DNA of 64,000 nucleotides from Folioceros fuciformis (taxonomy: Eukaryota). Where the stretch lies: assembly GCA_049999805.1 (NCBI GenBank), contig JBNGIO010006150.1, positions 291,952-355,951 of the forward strand, given 5' to 3'. Below, piece after piece: positions 13,505 to 26,200 of this stretch. The stretch's first letter is position 1. Each line of letters begins with the position of its first letter. Made by a program: the position numbers and the translations under genes. The notes below the pieces were generated by a model, which was not told where the DNA came from, made no database searches, and worked only from the letters and a program-made list of their open reading frames with translations.

Positions 13505-14900
13505 TGCCAAGGAGGCCGCCTGCTCGCGTCCTTCCCTGTAGGAGCTGGAGAGCTGGGCGGAGCAAACAGCGGTATGTTGGCATCACTTCCAACCTCAAAC
13601 CATCAGTCTCCAATGCAATGGATTGTGCCGGGGGTATTTGATGTCTCACACAAGAGCCTGGAGGCTGGATAGAAGCCCATTGATGGCGGGAGAAGTAGAC
13701 AGCTGCTCTTCACAAATTCCCCGCGCACTCACCGCACCACGTCATCGGGCTTTCAAACTTTTCCCGGGCTCCGATGATACATCTTCTGAAAATCCCTGTC
13801 CTCCGACGAGGTTTAAATGCTTTTGCACTCCAGACGCGTTGAGCGTCGAGCCACGACTCATTTTCTTCAGCTCCAGTTGTGTCAAACTAGCTTCATATCG
13901 CGTAGCTGGCTGCCCAAGTCATCAGTCCAGTCTCGAGGCGACGATCTCCAAGGGGTTGGGGAATTCTTACTCAACTTCTGTGGAATCTTCCTCATGGCGA
14001 CGAACAACAACAGGATGCGATTTGCGCGTAGGCTGAAACTCTTGCCCCCGATGGAAGGACCTGTGGAGGCACCGTAAACCCTCCGTAGCTTAACACCTCG
14101 CGAGGACGTAACAGCCAAGGTATGCCTGTGTCGGAGACGAATACTGTACCCACAACGACGAAACCTATTTGCAAAGCATGATCTTACATCTTATCCAGAT
14201 ACCCTACCCTATCTGCTGTGTTTGCTGCCAGATTGGCTACTCTGTCTGAAGTCGTTGCAGCCAGATTGTCAAGAGACAGCGGAGAAACGCTATCCATTAA
14301 ACTTGAGTTTGAGGGGATTCAAGCAAATGTTCCCGGAGTCGTTTCATTGACAACAAACACAAGCACCAATTTCCAGCCGCTACAGGACGGAAGCTCGAGG
14401 GTGTGACTTGTTTGCATTGGAAGAGCAGAATTGCAGGCTCTGTTCTTTGATTGAAGTCAAGTTTCAAGGTTGGCAACAAACAGCATTGCCCTGACTTCGT
14501 GTTCGAAACGAATCAGTGATGAAGCAGATGCAAACGAGATGATTCACCAACCATTCGAGAAAACACTTTCCGAAGCAAAATACTGTGAGTTGAAGTCCTC
14601 AAGACACTAAGATGGCTGCCAAACCCAACCAATGCATGTGATGAGGGCACCAAGATCTTCCCATGGCTCCGGCTGATCTTGCGGCCAGGAGGTGACTTCA
14701 ATTGAGTGGGAGACGGCCATTTTGCGAGGACAACATTCCGATGAATCGAAACACCGGACATGAGACTGTCTTTCTGGCCGTATGAAGAGTCGCTGGTACT
14801 GGTTTCCGGGAACTGCACATTTTCGGCTTTGAAGCAAGCAGTCCTCGGCATACCAAAGCGCTTCCTCTCTTCTTCACCTTGTCGATAGTCATTCAGCTTG
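13505..14900 (-). pseudogene. Degraded unidentified protein-coding gene, copy 1
   Basis: Peptide fragments shared with 20088-22270 (FGMPRTACFK, HRNVVLA.WP, VYGA.TGP.IGG, ILLLFVAMR) interrupted by stops and frameshifts. Confidence 0.4.
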
Positions 14901-15018
14901 ATCTCGCAACAACCTATATTGCCTTGTGACCTCCCACGAAGCACCGTACACATGGCCCAGCATTTGCAGTCTCTTGTGGCCGAGCAGAACAAAAAAAATG
15001 GTCTTTCTCGCTTGCATG

Positions 15019-15270
15019 TTAAAGAACACCACACTGCGCATGACTGTCCACGAGGCAGGTGGTGACCACTACTAAAGTCATTCGAAGGCGCTCTTTCCAC
15101 AAGTAGGGAGTATAGCTGCCTACCCATCTGTAAGGCACCAGTGCTTCCACAGAAGGCAACCAAGAGCAACATGAGGCTCCCGCCACCTGCATGCGTTCAT
15201 ACACGGCAAGTGCCTCTTCACAAAGTCCATGCTGAATATGTAAGGGCAGACTGTCCATGCCACGCATTCT
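15019..15270 (-). pseudogene. PLS-class PPR gene fragment
   Basis: HIQHGLCEEALAVYERMQ, FCGSTGALQMGRQLY and TCLVDSHAQCG in shifted frames match PLS-PPR consensus motifs (AC...GAL..GRQIH; LVDMYAKCG). Confidence 0.65.
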
Positions 15271-15284
15271 GTCAGGCCAAGCAC

Positions 15285-15750
15285 GGCATCAATCCTCTAG
15301 TCCCCACAATTTAAATGCGTACATGCCCACCAGGCAGGGCCCAGATGTCATTGAGGCAGCAGCGTCCTCACCGTTTTGATGCACTCTCAGCTTGGAACGA
15401 CAAACGGATTATTCCTCTTTCGCATATGCAAGCAATATGACGTTCTCCCCGTGGCAGGCAAGATATGTGTATCCAAGGTGCAGTATAATGGCCGATTTGG
15501 AGGACCCAAAAAGCGCATTCTCTTTCAAAGCGGTTGGTCCAGACCAACGGCGTTCTCTCCTGATGAGTCCAAAGGAAGGGATGACGATGAATGGGCTAGG
15601 AAACTAGCTGAGCTGAGGTGAGCTCAGGTGCTGGGTCCTACCGTCCATAACCCTGCCTACTGAGCCTACCTTCCATGTAAAAAAGGCATCTTTGGTGCAA
15701 GCAGCAGTGTAGCAAGAGTGACGTCGTGTTGTGACAAGTTTGGGGGGTGA
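15285..15750 (+). promoter_or_regulatory. Conserved upstream module of Roco copy A
   Basis: Homologous to 22268-22740 and 30127-30420 (ttttgatgcac...gggatgacgatgaatggg..aggaaactagctgagctgag...); regulatory role is inferred. Confidence 0.45.
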
Positions 15751-16019
15751 GAATTCGAAGGAGGGTTGGAGGCAGCCGGTTAGAAAAGGTCAGCCTTTCC
15801 CGTCCGCGATGCTGGCCCAGTGAGCCCACAAGACCTAGGTACGGTTTGATAAAAGACTGTACGCAGGTATGGAGGAGGAATATCCACTGGTCACGGACAG
15901 AGAGAGAGCGTGGGGAATGGGAAAAGCCAAACACGCTCACGCCTTGACGAGTGGAGAGTGAGTAAGACCTGTCAGCTCTCTTGCCGGCTACCACACAACC
16001 CTCTCGTCTCGGAGATTCA

Positions 16020-16335
16020 AGAGACTTTGTATGGTGTCCCAATCCTCCCCCAGTGCGTATGCTGTGAGGTTGTCGGCCCCTAGTCTACTCGTGTCTGGTG
16101 TTCGAATTGGGATCTTCCCCAAGTGTGTGTGCTGTGAGGTTGATGTCCCATAGCCTATCCTTGTGTGGTCTGCCAATCCTCCTCGAGTGTTCGCTGATGA
16201 GGCTGCTGTCCCTTGGCCTATCCTTGTCCGGTCTCCCAATCCTCCTCGAGTGTGTGCGTGCGAGGTCGCTGTTTCCTAGCCTATCGTTTTCTGGTGTCCC
16301 AGTCCTCGAGCGGTGCTGTGAGGTTGCTGCCCATT
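16020..16335 (+). repeat. ~63-bp tandem repeats immediately upstream of Roco copy A
   Basis: Unit gcctatccttgt..ggtctcccaatcctcctcgagtgtgtgc.gtgaggttgctgtcc, about 5 copies. Confidence 0.8.
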
Positions 16336-16406
16336 CTACGAAACGGATGTTACATACAATCCATTCATCATAATGGCTTGCATTGGGAAGCGCAGGTTAG
16401 CACAGC

Positions 16407-19400
16407 ATGGCGGAGCAGGAGGACTATGACGGGCGCGAATTGCCGGATGAGCTGCAACAGCTGCTACAAGATTTGGAACGGAATGCCTTGTCCAAACTCC
16501 CGCACTTGGGCAGAATGGAGTATGGCGATTTCTTCAGAAAGGGAGCGTCAACGAGGACGGATGGCAGGCACTGGCGAGTGCGCAAGCGGGTATTAACAGC
16601 TACTGGCCAGTGCCGCAGTCTCCGCGGCCATCTGTCCATCTATCAGGATTGGGGGATCGGCATCGCTCGGGAGGATGAATGCGCGGTTCTGTTGGGGGGC
16701 CTGGCATCCAACCCTTCCCTGGAATCTCTTTATCTGGGTTGGTGCAAAGGCTTTGGAAGGCTGGCGGGTGGCAAGGCCCTGGGCCAGCTTATTGCTTCCA
16801 GTCGCAGCTTGCGACGGCCGGAGGCACCCGAGATTGGGGTTGATGCCGCTGGACTTGGTGCCCTGGTCGAAGGCTTCGACCAAGATTCTGTCCTGGAGTA
16901 TTTGGACCTAAAGGGGAACAGAGTGGGAGATGGCGAAGGGGCACAACACCTGGCTCGCATGCTGGCCACCGCTCCCCGTCTCCATGCTCTGTATCTGCGT
17001 GGGGTCGGCATGGATGAGGAGGGAGCCCAGTGTATTGCAAACGCACTTCCGCTCTGTGCCTCGTCCCAGGAGCTTTATTTGGATGATAAATATCCGGGTG
17101 GGCGTAATGAAGGTAGGGGTTCCGTACAGGGCAACCTGGGGCCCATGAGCGCTGTGTGCAAACTTGCTTTCACCCGCGGTGATGCTGATGCCGCCATATC
17201 TAAGGTCACCAAGCTGATGTTGGACATCCGGAACAGCGAGGAGCCAGGCCTGGCCAACGCGCTGGCCGGAATGTTGCCCAACGATTGCATCACGGAGCTG
17301 ATCAGCAACCATTTTGCAGTCAAAGTCGATCTGGACGCCTGGCGCCACAACTCCACTCTCTCCAAACTTGAGTTGTTCAACTATGACGGTGACGAGACGT
17401 TAATTGAATTTTCTATGTCGTTTCTGGAATGCAAAGCATTACGTATCCTGGCTTTGAGGCAGATGGTTGGCCCTCTTTCATGAAAGCGTTGGTGCCGTCT
17501 TTGGGGAAGCTTATGTCTTTGAATGAGCTCAACATTCTGGATTGTGATGAACTCGATGATGACCTCTCCGGAGACTTGATGCAGTCCGTCCGAGCCAGCA
17601 GTACGTTGTGGAAGATCAACATGCAGGGCACAAAGTGGGCTTGGAAGGGAAATTCGGCCATCATCCGCGCAACGTTGGCACGAAATGTTACTCAAAGCGA
17701 CCACTGGCGGCGCATTGCGGAGGAGGAGGAGAAGGAGGAGGAGGACTGGAGCGCGATGCCGGCTGAGCTGCAACAGCTGGTGGAACATCTGGAACGGAGT
17801 GTCTTGTCCCAACTCCCCCACTTGGACGATAGGCCGTACGGTGATTACTTCAGAGAGCGAGAGTCTTGGTGTATGGATGGCCACTACTTCGGAGAGCTTG
17901 GTCGTCGTAGGAGGCACTGGCGAGTGCGCAAGCGGGTGTTGACAGCTATTAGCCAGTGTCGCAGTCTCTGCGGCCACCTGAGCATCTCTGACGACTGGGG
18001 AATCGGCATTGCTGAAGACGATGAATGCGCGGTTCTGTTGGGTGGCCTGCCATCCAACCCTTCCGTGGACACTCTTTATCTGTATCGGTGCCAAGGTTTT
18101 GGAAGGCTGGCGGGTTGCAAGGCCCTGGGCCAGCTTATTGCGTCCAGTCGCAGTTTGCGGCGGCTGGAGGTACCTGAGATTGAGCTTGATGCCGCGGGAC
18201 TTGGTGGCCTGGTCGAAGGCTTCAGCAGAGATTGTGTCCTGGAGCACTTGGACCTGGAGGGGAACAGAGTGGGAGATGGTGAAGGGGCACAGCACCTGGC
18301 TCGCATGCTGGCCACCGCTCCCCGTCTCAATGTCCTGTATCTGGGTAGGATCGGAATGGATGAGGCAGGAGCCCAGTGTATTGCAAACGCTCTTCCGCTC
18401 TGTGCCACGCTCCGGGAGCTTCGTTTGGATGATAGATATCCGGATGGGAGTCATGCAGGTTGGGGTTCCGTACAGGGCAGCCTGGGGCCCATGAGCACTG
18501 TGTGCAAACTTGCTTTCACCCGTGCTGGTGCTGATGCCGCCATATATGGGGTCACCAAGCTGTCATTGCGGATCCGGAACAGGGAAGAGCTGGCCAGGCC
18601 TGGCCGACGCGCTGGCCGGAATGTTGCACACCAACGATTGTATCCTAGAGCTCGTAATCAACCGTTTTGCGGACGAGTACGGCCTGAACGCCTTGCGCAA
18701 CAACTCCACCCTCTCCAAACTTGAATTGGTTCACTACTACGATGACTTTCCACTGTCTTGGAGTGAATTTTCGATGTCGTTCCTGGAATGCAAATCATTA
18801 CGTATCCTGACTTTGAGGGGGATTTATTGGCCCTCTTTCATGGAAGCGTTGGTGCAGTCTTTGGAGAAAAATACGTCTTTGAATGAGCTCAACATTCTGG
18901 GTTGTCGGACACTCGACGATGATCTCTTCAGAGACTTGATGCAGTGCCTCTAAGTCAACACCACTGTACAGAAGATCGACATAAGGGGTACAGACTGGGA
19001 CCGGGAGGGCAAGCAGGCCATCATCAACGCAACGTTGGCACGCAATGTTACTCACAGGGCCTGCTGATCCTCGCTTTAGGACGGGCAAGAGGCTGTGAAG
19101 CCCAGGGTCGGGCTCCTTTTCTTGTGCGGTGCACCTTACGCAGGGGAGACCACTCTCCGCACCACCATGATTACCGCATGGCGCGCATTCCAACCACACA
19201 CATGGACAGGAACCGCATCACCAAGCCATGTCCGATTCTGGGAGCAACTGTCTGTAGTTTGGGGATGGATATGTTCCTGCAGCTGTTTCGGAACTGTCCT
19301 TAGCGTGTGGATGGATACTCTCACCAGAACGGAAGGCATAGAAATTGAGGTGCTGCGCAACGACGATGAGAAGGTAGTTACCATCTGGGATCTGGCTGGA

Positions 19401-20087
19401 CAAGCTTACTACCGAGCTGTGCAAGACTACTTGTTCCCCAGCTTTAACCATACTTGTGTCTTCTTGTTTATGTTCAACCCATTTGATGCCCACAAGCTTG
19501 GCGGACCCCTCCCGTTTACTAAAATGCTGCGGACAAGTTCTGAAACGGCTTCAAGTTTTGGCCTAGATTCATCCACTCTAATTCTCGCAACGTGGGTTCT
19601 TGTTTGCCTTGGGTATTTGCGGCTGTCACTCTTAAGGATCGGATGGAGGATCTGCAGGCTAAAATACTAGTAGATCTGCTGCAACCAGTTGTGGACGAGT
19701 TGGCCAAGGCTTTTGAGGAGGTACTTCATATTAGGACAAAGCCTGTATTCTTCATGGATGCTCGATCTGAGCAGGCTATGAAGACCTTGCTGCAGAAGCT
19801 GTTCCATTCAATTGGAGAGCTATTTGCAGTTCCTCTGTTTTGGGAACCCAACGCATGTAACCGATTGAGTGCTGTTTTGACTCAGTGGGTATCTCAAAAT
19901 CCAACTGAGCCTTTTGTGACCAAGGAGCGATGCAAAAAGTTGTTTAACGAAGATGATGAGCATCGCGTTGAAGAAGATGATGAGCAACGCGTTGAATAAA
20001 GTGATCACCTACGCCTTCAATTAAGTCTTGCCTATGTGCACAATTCAGGCAGGGTCATGTAGTTCCAAGATGCAGATGCTGTGGTGG
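16407..20087 (+). pseudogene. TORNADO1-like Roco pseudogene, copy A: LRR module 1 + LRR module 2 + ROC + truncated COR
   Basis: ORFs 16407-17483, 17429-18724, 18510-18953, 19095-19670 and 19592-19999 are all homologous to 23287-27426; frameshifts; TAA at 18951; P-loop GKT changed to GET (GAG 19146-19148); breaks off after gatgcagatgctgtggtgg at the duplication junction. Confidence 0.92.
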
Positions 20088-22270
20088 TGCCAAGGAGGCC
20101 GCCTGCTCGTGTCCTTCCCTGTAGGAGCTGGAGAGCTGGGCAGGGCAAACAGCGACACGTTGGCATCACTCGCAACCTCAAGCCATCAATGTCGTCATCA
20201 AAACTTCATGAGCCAACTGTCAATGCAACGGACTGTTTGATGTCTCACAACACGAGCCTGGAAATAGAAGCAGCTTGATGGCGGGAGAAGCAGACTGCTG
20301 CTCTTCACCAATTCCCGCGCACTCACCGTACCACGGCATCCGGCTTTCAGACTTTCCCCGGACTCCAATGATAGTTGAATGCTTCTGCACTCCAGCCACG
20401 CCGAGAGTCGAGCCACTACTCATTTTCTTCAGCTCCACTTGGGCCAAGCTACCTTCACATGGTGCAGCTGGATGCCAGTTCCTAGGTCATCAGTCCAGTT
20501 TCGGGGGGACGATCTCCAAGGGGTTGGGGAATTCTTACTCTACTTCTTCCTCCTCATGGCGACGAACAACAACAGGATGCAGTTTGCGCGGATGCTGAAT
20601 CTCCTGCCCCCGATGTGTGGGCCTGTGTAGGCACCATACACTCTCTCCTCCGTAGGTTAATGTCTCGCGAGGACGGAACAGCCAAGGTACGCCTGTGTCG
20701 GAGCCGGATACTGTACCAACAATCGAGATAATCCAAAGCCGAAGGCGAATCCCCAAACGAAACCTATCCGCAAAGCGTGATCTGGCATTGTATCCAGATA
20801 CCCTGCTCTGTCTTGCTATCGTTGCTGCCAGATTGTCTACCCTGTCTGATGTGGTTGCAGCCAGATAGTCAGGAAATAACGGAGAAGACGTTATCCATTA
20901 AACTTGAACTTTGAGGGGATTCAAGCAAATGTTGCGGGAGTCGTTTCGTTGACAACAAGTTCAGGCACCAATTTCCAGCCCGCTACAGGACGGAAGCTCG
21001 AGGGTGTGAGTTGACTGTCTGCATTGGAAGAACAGAGGTCCAGGCTCTATTCTTTGATTGAATGCAAGCTTCAAGGATGGCAACAAACACCATTTCCCTG
21101 ACTTCGTGATCGAAAAGGGTCGGTGATAAAAGTAGATGCAAACGAGACGATTCACTAACCATTCGAGCAAACACTTTCCGAAGCGAAACACAGTAAGTTG
21201 AAGTCCCCAAGACACTAAGATGGCTGCCAAATCCAACCTATGCGTATGATGAGGTCACCAAGACTTTCCCATGGCTCCGGTTGATGTTCCGGCCAAAAGT
21301 GACTCAATTGAGTGTTCCGGCCAATTTGCAAGGACAACATTCCGATGAACACAAACATCGGACATGAGACTGTCTTTCTGGCCGTATGAAGAGTCGCTGG
21401 TATCTATTTCCGAGAACTGCGCATTTTTGTGTTTGAAGCAAGCAGTTCTCGGCATACCAAAGTCCTTCCTCACCGTATTAAGTGTCGCTGGAACCGGTTT
21501 CCAGGAACTGGGCATTTTTGTGCTTGAAGCAAGCAGTCCTCGGCATACCAAAGCCCTTCCTCACCGTATTAAGTGTCGCTGGAACCGGTTTCCAGGAACT
21601 GGGCATTTTTGTGTTTGAAGCAAGCAGTCGTCGGCATACCAAAGCCCTTTACTTCCCCTTGTCGATAGTCATTCAGCTTGCTCGCCAAGCATTGAGGAAT
21701 TAGGACTTTCTTGGATTTGTTCCGCTGTGGTTGAAGGAAAGCATTCCCCAAGATGCTCAATGCTCCCGCTTTTCTTGTTGGCACACTGCAGAGGAGTGCT
21801 TTTCGAATTTTAAAAGAACTGTGAAAGGCTGCTCCTGGTCATCGACCTGCTAGTCATTTCAGGCCTGTACCGACCCTAAGCTTTAAGACCATGACTGTAG
21901 AACACAGAGGATCCTGGTATTGACTCAACTTGGTCCTTGATGATGGCAGGGCATGCTAGAGGGACTTCAGCTTGTTGCAAACTTGAACACCAATTCTCAC
22001 AAAATATCGTCAGAAATTCGTGCCAAGAACTGAGGCAGCTCTAGGAATAATTAGAAATGCTGGACGAGTCTGGACTGCAATGGATCAAACCAAGAATACT
22101 TGTAAACACAACTAGCGCAACTAGGACGATGGCTGGAGAAGTCACAGTGGATGAAGGGAGGGAGGGCATGGCCTGTACCCTAGCTGTTCTTGTTTTTGGG
22201 AGCCTCCCAAAAACAGGCCTCGACACTGTGACAAGTCTTGATACATGGTACTCATCGCTGCCGGCAAGGC
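20088..22270 (-). pseudogene. Degraded unidentified gene, copy 2, with a hydrophobic N-terminal segment
   Basis: Paralogue of 13505-14900; upstream part reads SPAIVLVALVVFTSILGLIHC (possible membrane anchor); many stops. Confidence 0.4.
21390..21650. repeat. ~91-bp tandem repeat x3 (single copy in the paralogue near 14790-14860)
   Basis: gtcgctggaaccggtttccaggaactgggcatttttgtg.ttgaagcaagcagt..tcggcataccaaag repeated. Confidence 0.88.
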
Positions 22271-22740
22271 ATGGCATCAATCCTCTAGTCCCCACAATTT
22301 AAATGCGTACATGCCCACCAGGCAGGTGCCAGACGTCATTGAGGCAGCAGCGTCCTCACCTTTTTGATGCACTCACAGCTTAGAACGACAAACGGACGGT
22401 TACTCTTTCGCGTATGCAAGCAATCTGACTTTTCTGTCTGTGGCAGGCAAGATACAGTACGTGTATTCAAGGTCCAGTATAGTGGTCGATTTGAAGGAAT
22501 CCAAAGGGCATTCTCATTCAACGCGGTTGGTCCGGACCAACCGCGTTTTTCTCCTGCTGAGGCCAAATGAAGGGATGACGATGAATGGGCTAGGAAACTA
22601 GCTGCGCTGAGCTGAGCTGAGCTCAGGTGCTGGGTCCTACCGTCGACAAACCTACGTGCTGTACCTACCTTCCAAGTAAAGGCATCTTTCGTGCAAGCAA
22701 CCGTGTAGCGAAAGTCCATGCCGTGTTTTGACAAGTAGGG
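22268..22740 (+). promoter_or_regulatory. Conserved upstream module of intact Roco copy B
   Basis: Homologous to 15285-15750 and 30127-30420. Confidence 0.45.
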
Positions 22741-22956
22741 GGAGAGAATTCAAACGAGAGTTGGGAGCAGATAAAATACTGTAGGCTGGTACGGAGGAGG
22801 AATATCCACTGGTCACAAAACAGATAGAGAGCGTGGGGAATGGGAAAAGCCAAGCAGGCTCACGCCTTGATGAGTGGAGAGTGAGTGAGGCCTGTCAGCT
22901 CGCTTGCCGGCTACCTCTCAACCGTCTCGTCTCCCGGAGATTCAGGAGTCCACGTC

Positions 22957-23212
22957 CCCTAGCCTATCCTTGTCTGGTGTTCCAATCGGTGTCCTCCCCG
23001 AGCGTGTGTGCTGTGAGGTTGATGTCTGATAGCCTATCCTTGTGTAGTCTGTCAATCCTCCACGAGTGTGTGCTTGGAAGGTTGCTGGCTGCTGGCCTAT
23101 CCTTGCCTGGTCTCCCAATCCTCCTCGAGTGTGTGCTTGTGAGGTCGCTGTCCCGTAACCTGTCCTTGTCTTGTGTCCCTATCCTCGAGTGTGCGCTGTG
23201 AGGTTGCTGCCC
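22957..23212 (+). repeat. ~63-bp tandem repeats x4 upstream of the intact Roco gene
   Basis: Same unit as 16020-16335; lies between a GTGAGT donor-like site (22881) and a CAG acceptor-like site (23270). Confidence 0.8.
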
Positions 23213-23286
23213 CTGCTACAAAACGGATGATACATACAATCCATTCATCATATTTGCTTGCGTTGGTCAGCGCAGCTTAGCACAGC

Positions 23287-26200
23287 ATGGCGGAGCAGGA
23301 CGACTATGACTGGCGCGAGTTGCCGGATAAGCTGCAACGGCTGCTGGAGGATCTGGAAGGGCACGCCTTGACCGAAGTCCCCGACTTGGACGGAGAGGAG
23401 TACGGCGATTTCTTCAGAAACGAAGCTTCAAGAAGGAAGGATGGCAGGCGCTGGAGGGTGCGCAAGCGGGTATTAACAGCTATTGGCCAGTGTCGCAGTC
23501 TCCGCGGTCACGTGTGGGTCCGGTCGAAGTGGGAAATCGGCATCGCTCGGGAGGATGAATGCGCGGTTCTGTTGGGGGCGCTGGCATGCAACCGTGTCCT
23601 GGAATCTCTTGATCTGGGTGGGTGCAAAGGTTTTGGAAGGCTGGCGGGTTGCAAGGCCTTGGGTCAGCTTATTGCTTCCAGTCGCAGCTTGCGACCGTTG
23701 GAGGCACACAGGATCGGGCTTGATGCCACTGGACTTGGTGCCCTGGTCGATGGCTTCAACCAGGATTCTGTCCTGGAGTATTTGGACCTAAGGGGCAGCA
23801 GAGTGGGAGATGGTCAAGGGGCACAGCACCTGGCTCGCATGCTGGCCACCGCTCCCCATCTCAATGTCCTGTATCTGTATAGGATCGGCATGGATGAGGC
23901 GGGAGCCCAGAGTATTGCAAACGCACTTCCGCTCTGTGCCTCGCTCCAGGAGCTTCGTTTGGATGATAGGTATCCGGATGGGAGTTATGCAGGTAGGGGT
24001 TCCGTACAGGGCAGCCTGGGGCCCATCAGCACTGTGTTGAAGCTTGCTTTCACCCGTGCTGATGCTGAGGCTGATGCCCATGCCGCCATATCTGCGGTCA
24101 CCAAGCTGACGTTGGAGATCCAGAACAGCGAGGAGCCAGGCCTGGCCGACGCGCTGGCCGGCATGTTGCGCACCAACAATTGTATCGAGGAGCTTATCAT
24201 CAACGGTTTTGCTGTCAAGTTTGGCCTGGACGCCTGGCGCCACAACTCCACCCTCTCCAAACTTGAGTTGTTCGACTATGACGGTGACCAGTCGTTCTGT
24301 GAATTTTGGATGTCGTTTCTGGAATGCAAATCATTGCGCACCCTGACTTTGTCGCGGGTAAAGTGGCCGTCTTTCATGCAAGCGTTGGTGCGGTCTTTGG
24401 AGAAAAATAAATCTTTGAATGAGCTCCGCTTGCTTAATTGCTACCACCTCGACGACGAGGTCTTCAGAGAGTTGATGCAGTGCCTCCAAGTCAACGACAC
24501 TTTACAGAAGATCGACATAGAGGGCACAAACTGGGAGTGGGAGGGAAAGCAGGCCATCATCAACGCAACGTTGGCACGCAATGTTACTCACAGGGCCTAC
24601 TGGCCTTTGCTTTCGGAGTGGCAAGTGGCTGTGAAGCCCAGGGTCGGGCGCCTTTTCCTGTGCGGTGCACCTTACGCAGGGAAGACCACTCTCCGCACCA
24701 CCATGATCACCGCATGGCGCGCATCACTCAACCTGTCGCATCGTGTCCGCCTCCGGGAACAACTGTCTTTAGCTTGGGGATGGATACGTTCCTGCAGCCG
24801 TTTTGGAGCTGTCACCAGAACGGAAGGCATAGAAATGGAGGTGCTGCGCAACGACCATGAGATGGAACTTACCATCTGGGATCTGGCTGGACAAGCTCAG
24901 TACCGAGCTCTGCAGGACTACTTGTTCCCCAGCTCCAACCAGACATGTGTCTTCCTGTTCACATTCAACCCACGTGATGCCCTCAAGCCTGGGGAACCCC
25001 TTCTGTCCGATGAAATGCTGCTGGTCAAGTTCAGGAACGGCTTCAAGTTTTGGCTTAGATTCATCCACTCTAATTCTCGCAACGTGGGTTCCTGTTTGCC
25101 TCGGGTATTTGTGGTTGTCACTCATATGGATGATATGGAGGATCTGTACGCTAAATTACTTGTCAGTCTGCTGCAACCAGTCGTGGAAGAGTTGGCCAAG
25201 GCTTTCGAGGAGGTACTTCTTATCAGGACAACGCCTTTCTTCATGGATGCTCGATCTAAACAGACTGTGCAGCCTTTGCTGGAGCAGGTTTTCCAATCAT
25301 TTCAAGAGCTATTTGCGCTTCCTCTGTTTTGGGTCCCAGAGGCGTGCAACCGATTCAGTGCTGGTTTGACTCTCTGGGTATCTCAAAATCTAGCTCAGCC
25401 TATTGTGACCAAGGAGAGATGCAAAAAGTTGTTTGAAGAAGATGATGAGCAACGCCTTCAAGCAATTCTGGCCTATCTTCACAATGCAGGCCGGGTCATC
25501 TGGTTTCAAGATGCAGATGCTGTGGTGGTTAATCCACACTGGATCAGTCATTCGTTCCTGGGCCGCCTCATTCATCTTTTAACTGGACCGTCTTCCTTGG
25601 GGAGATCCCCAGACCGTGGATTTGTTGCTGAAGACCTCCTTAAGGACACCTTGGCTGGGATCCTGAAGGACACGCAGGCGGCCGACAGGATTCGTGTTGA
25701 AGATTTGGTATCATTGATGATGAGACTAAACTTGTGCTATCGAGATGATGCGAATCCAAGGCCTGGATTCTTCGTCCCCTTCACCTTGGATAACGCCGAA
25801 GGCAAAGCTCTTCAAGGGAAACGACAGTTGGACTGGAAGGGTGGTGCGGCGTCCAAGTACAATTACGTAGGGAGGCAGCTACAATGCCGAGATGAAACCA
25901 ACACATTTCTCGGTCCAGGCTTGTTTCCAAGATTCCAAGTACGTTACCTTGTGACCTGTCTCTCTGTTGCTAGTGATTTATCCTCTCTGGGGTTTACTGA
26001 CATCGCCAACGGTTGTGCATTGCAGGTCAAGTTACGACAGATCTTATTCGATGGGCTCTGCGGTATGCAGTCTCATCAATATAGCATTGCACGTAACTTG
26101 ATCAGATTTAACTATGACGGCATGGACGTATTTTTGGAGAGCAGTGGGGATATTGGGGCCGAGACCGGGGACATTGGGGATCGTGTTGACATTTTGATGA

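Larger units (their letters stand above)
13505..20087. repeat. Segmental duplication unit A, paralogous to 20088-~25530
   Basis: tgccaaggaggccgcctgctcg... starts at both 13505 and 20088; colinear similarity continues through a minus-strand remnant, the upstream module and the LRR-ROC gene. Confidence 0.9.

Noticed and set aside
17381-18454. 357-aa minus-strand ORF (and similar antisense ORFs over 3099-3914 and 23473-25575)
   Set aside because: Antisense shadows of GC-rich coding sequence on the other strand.
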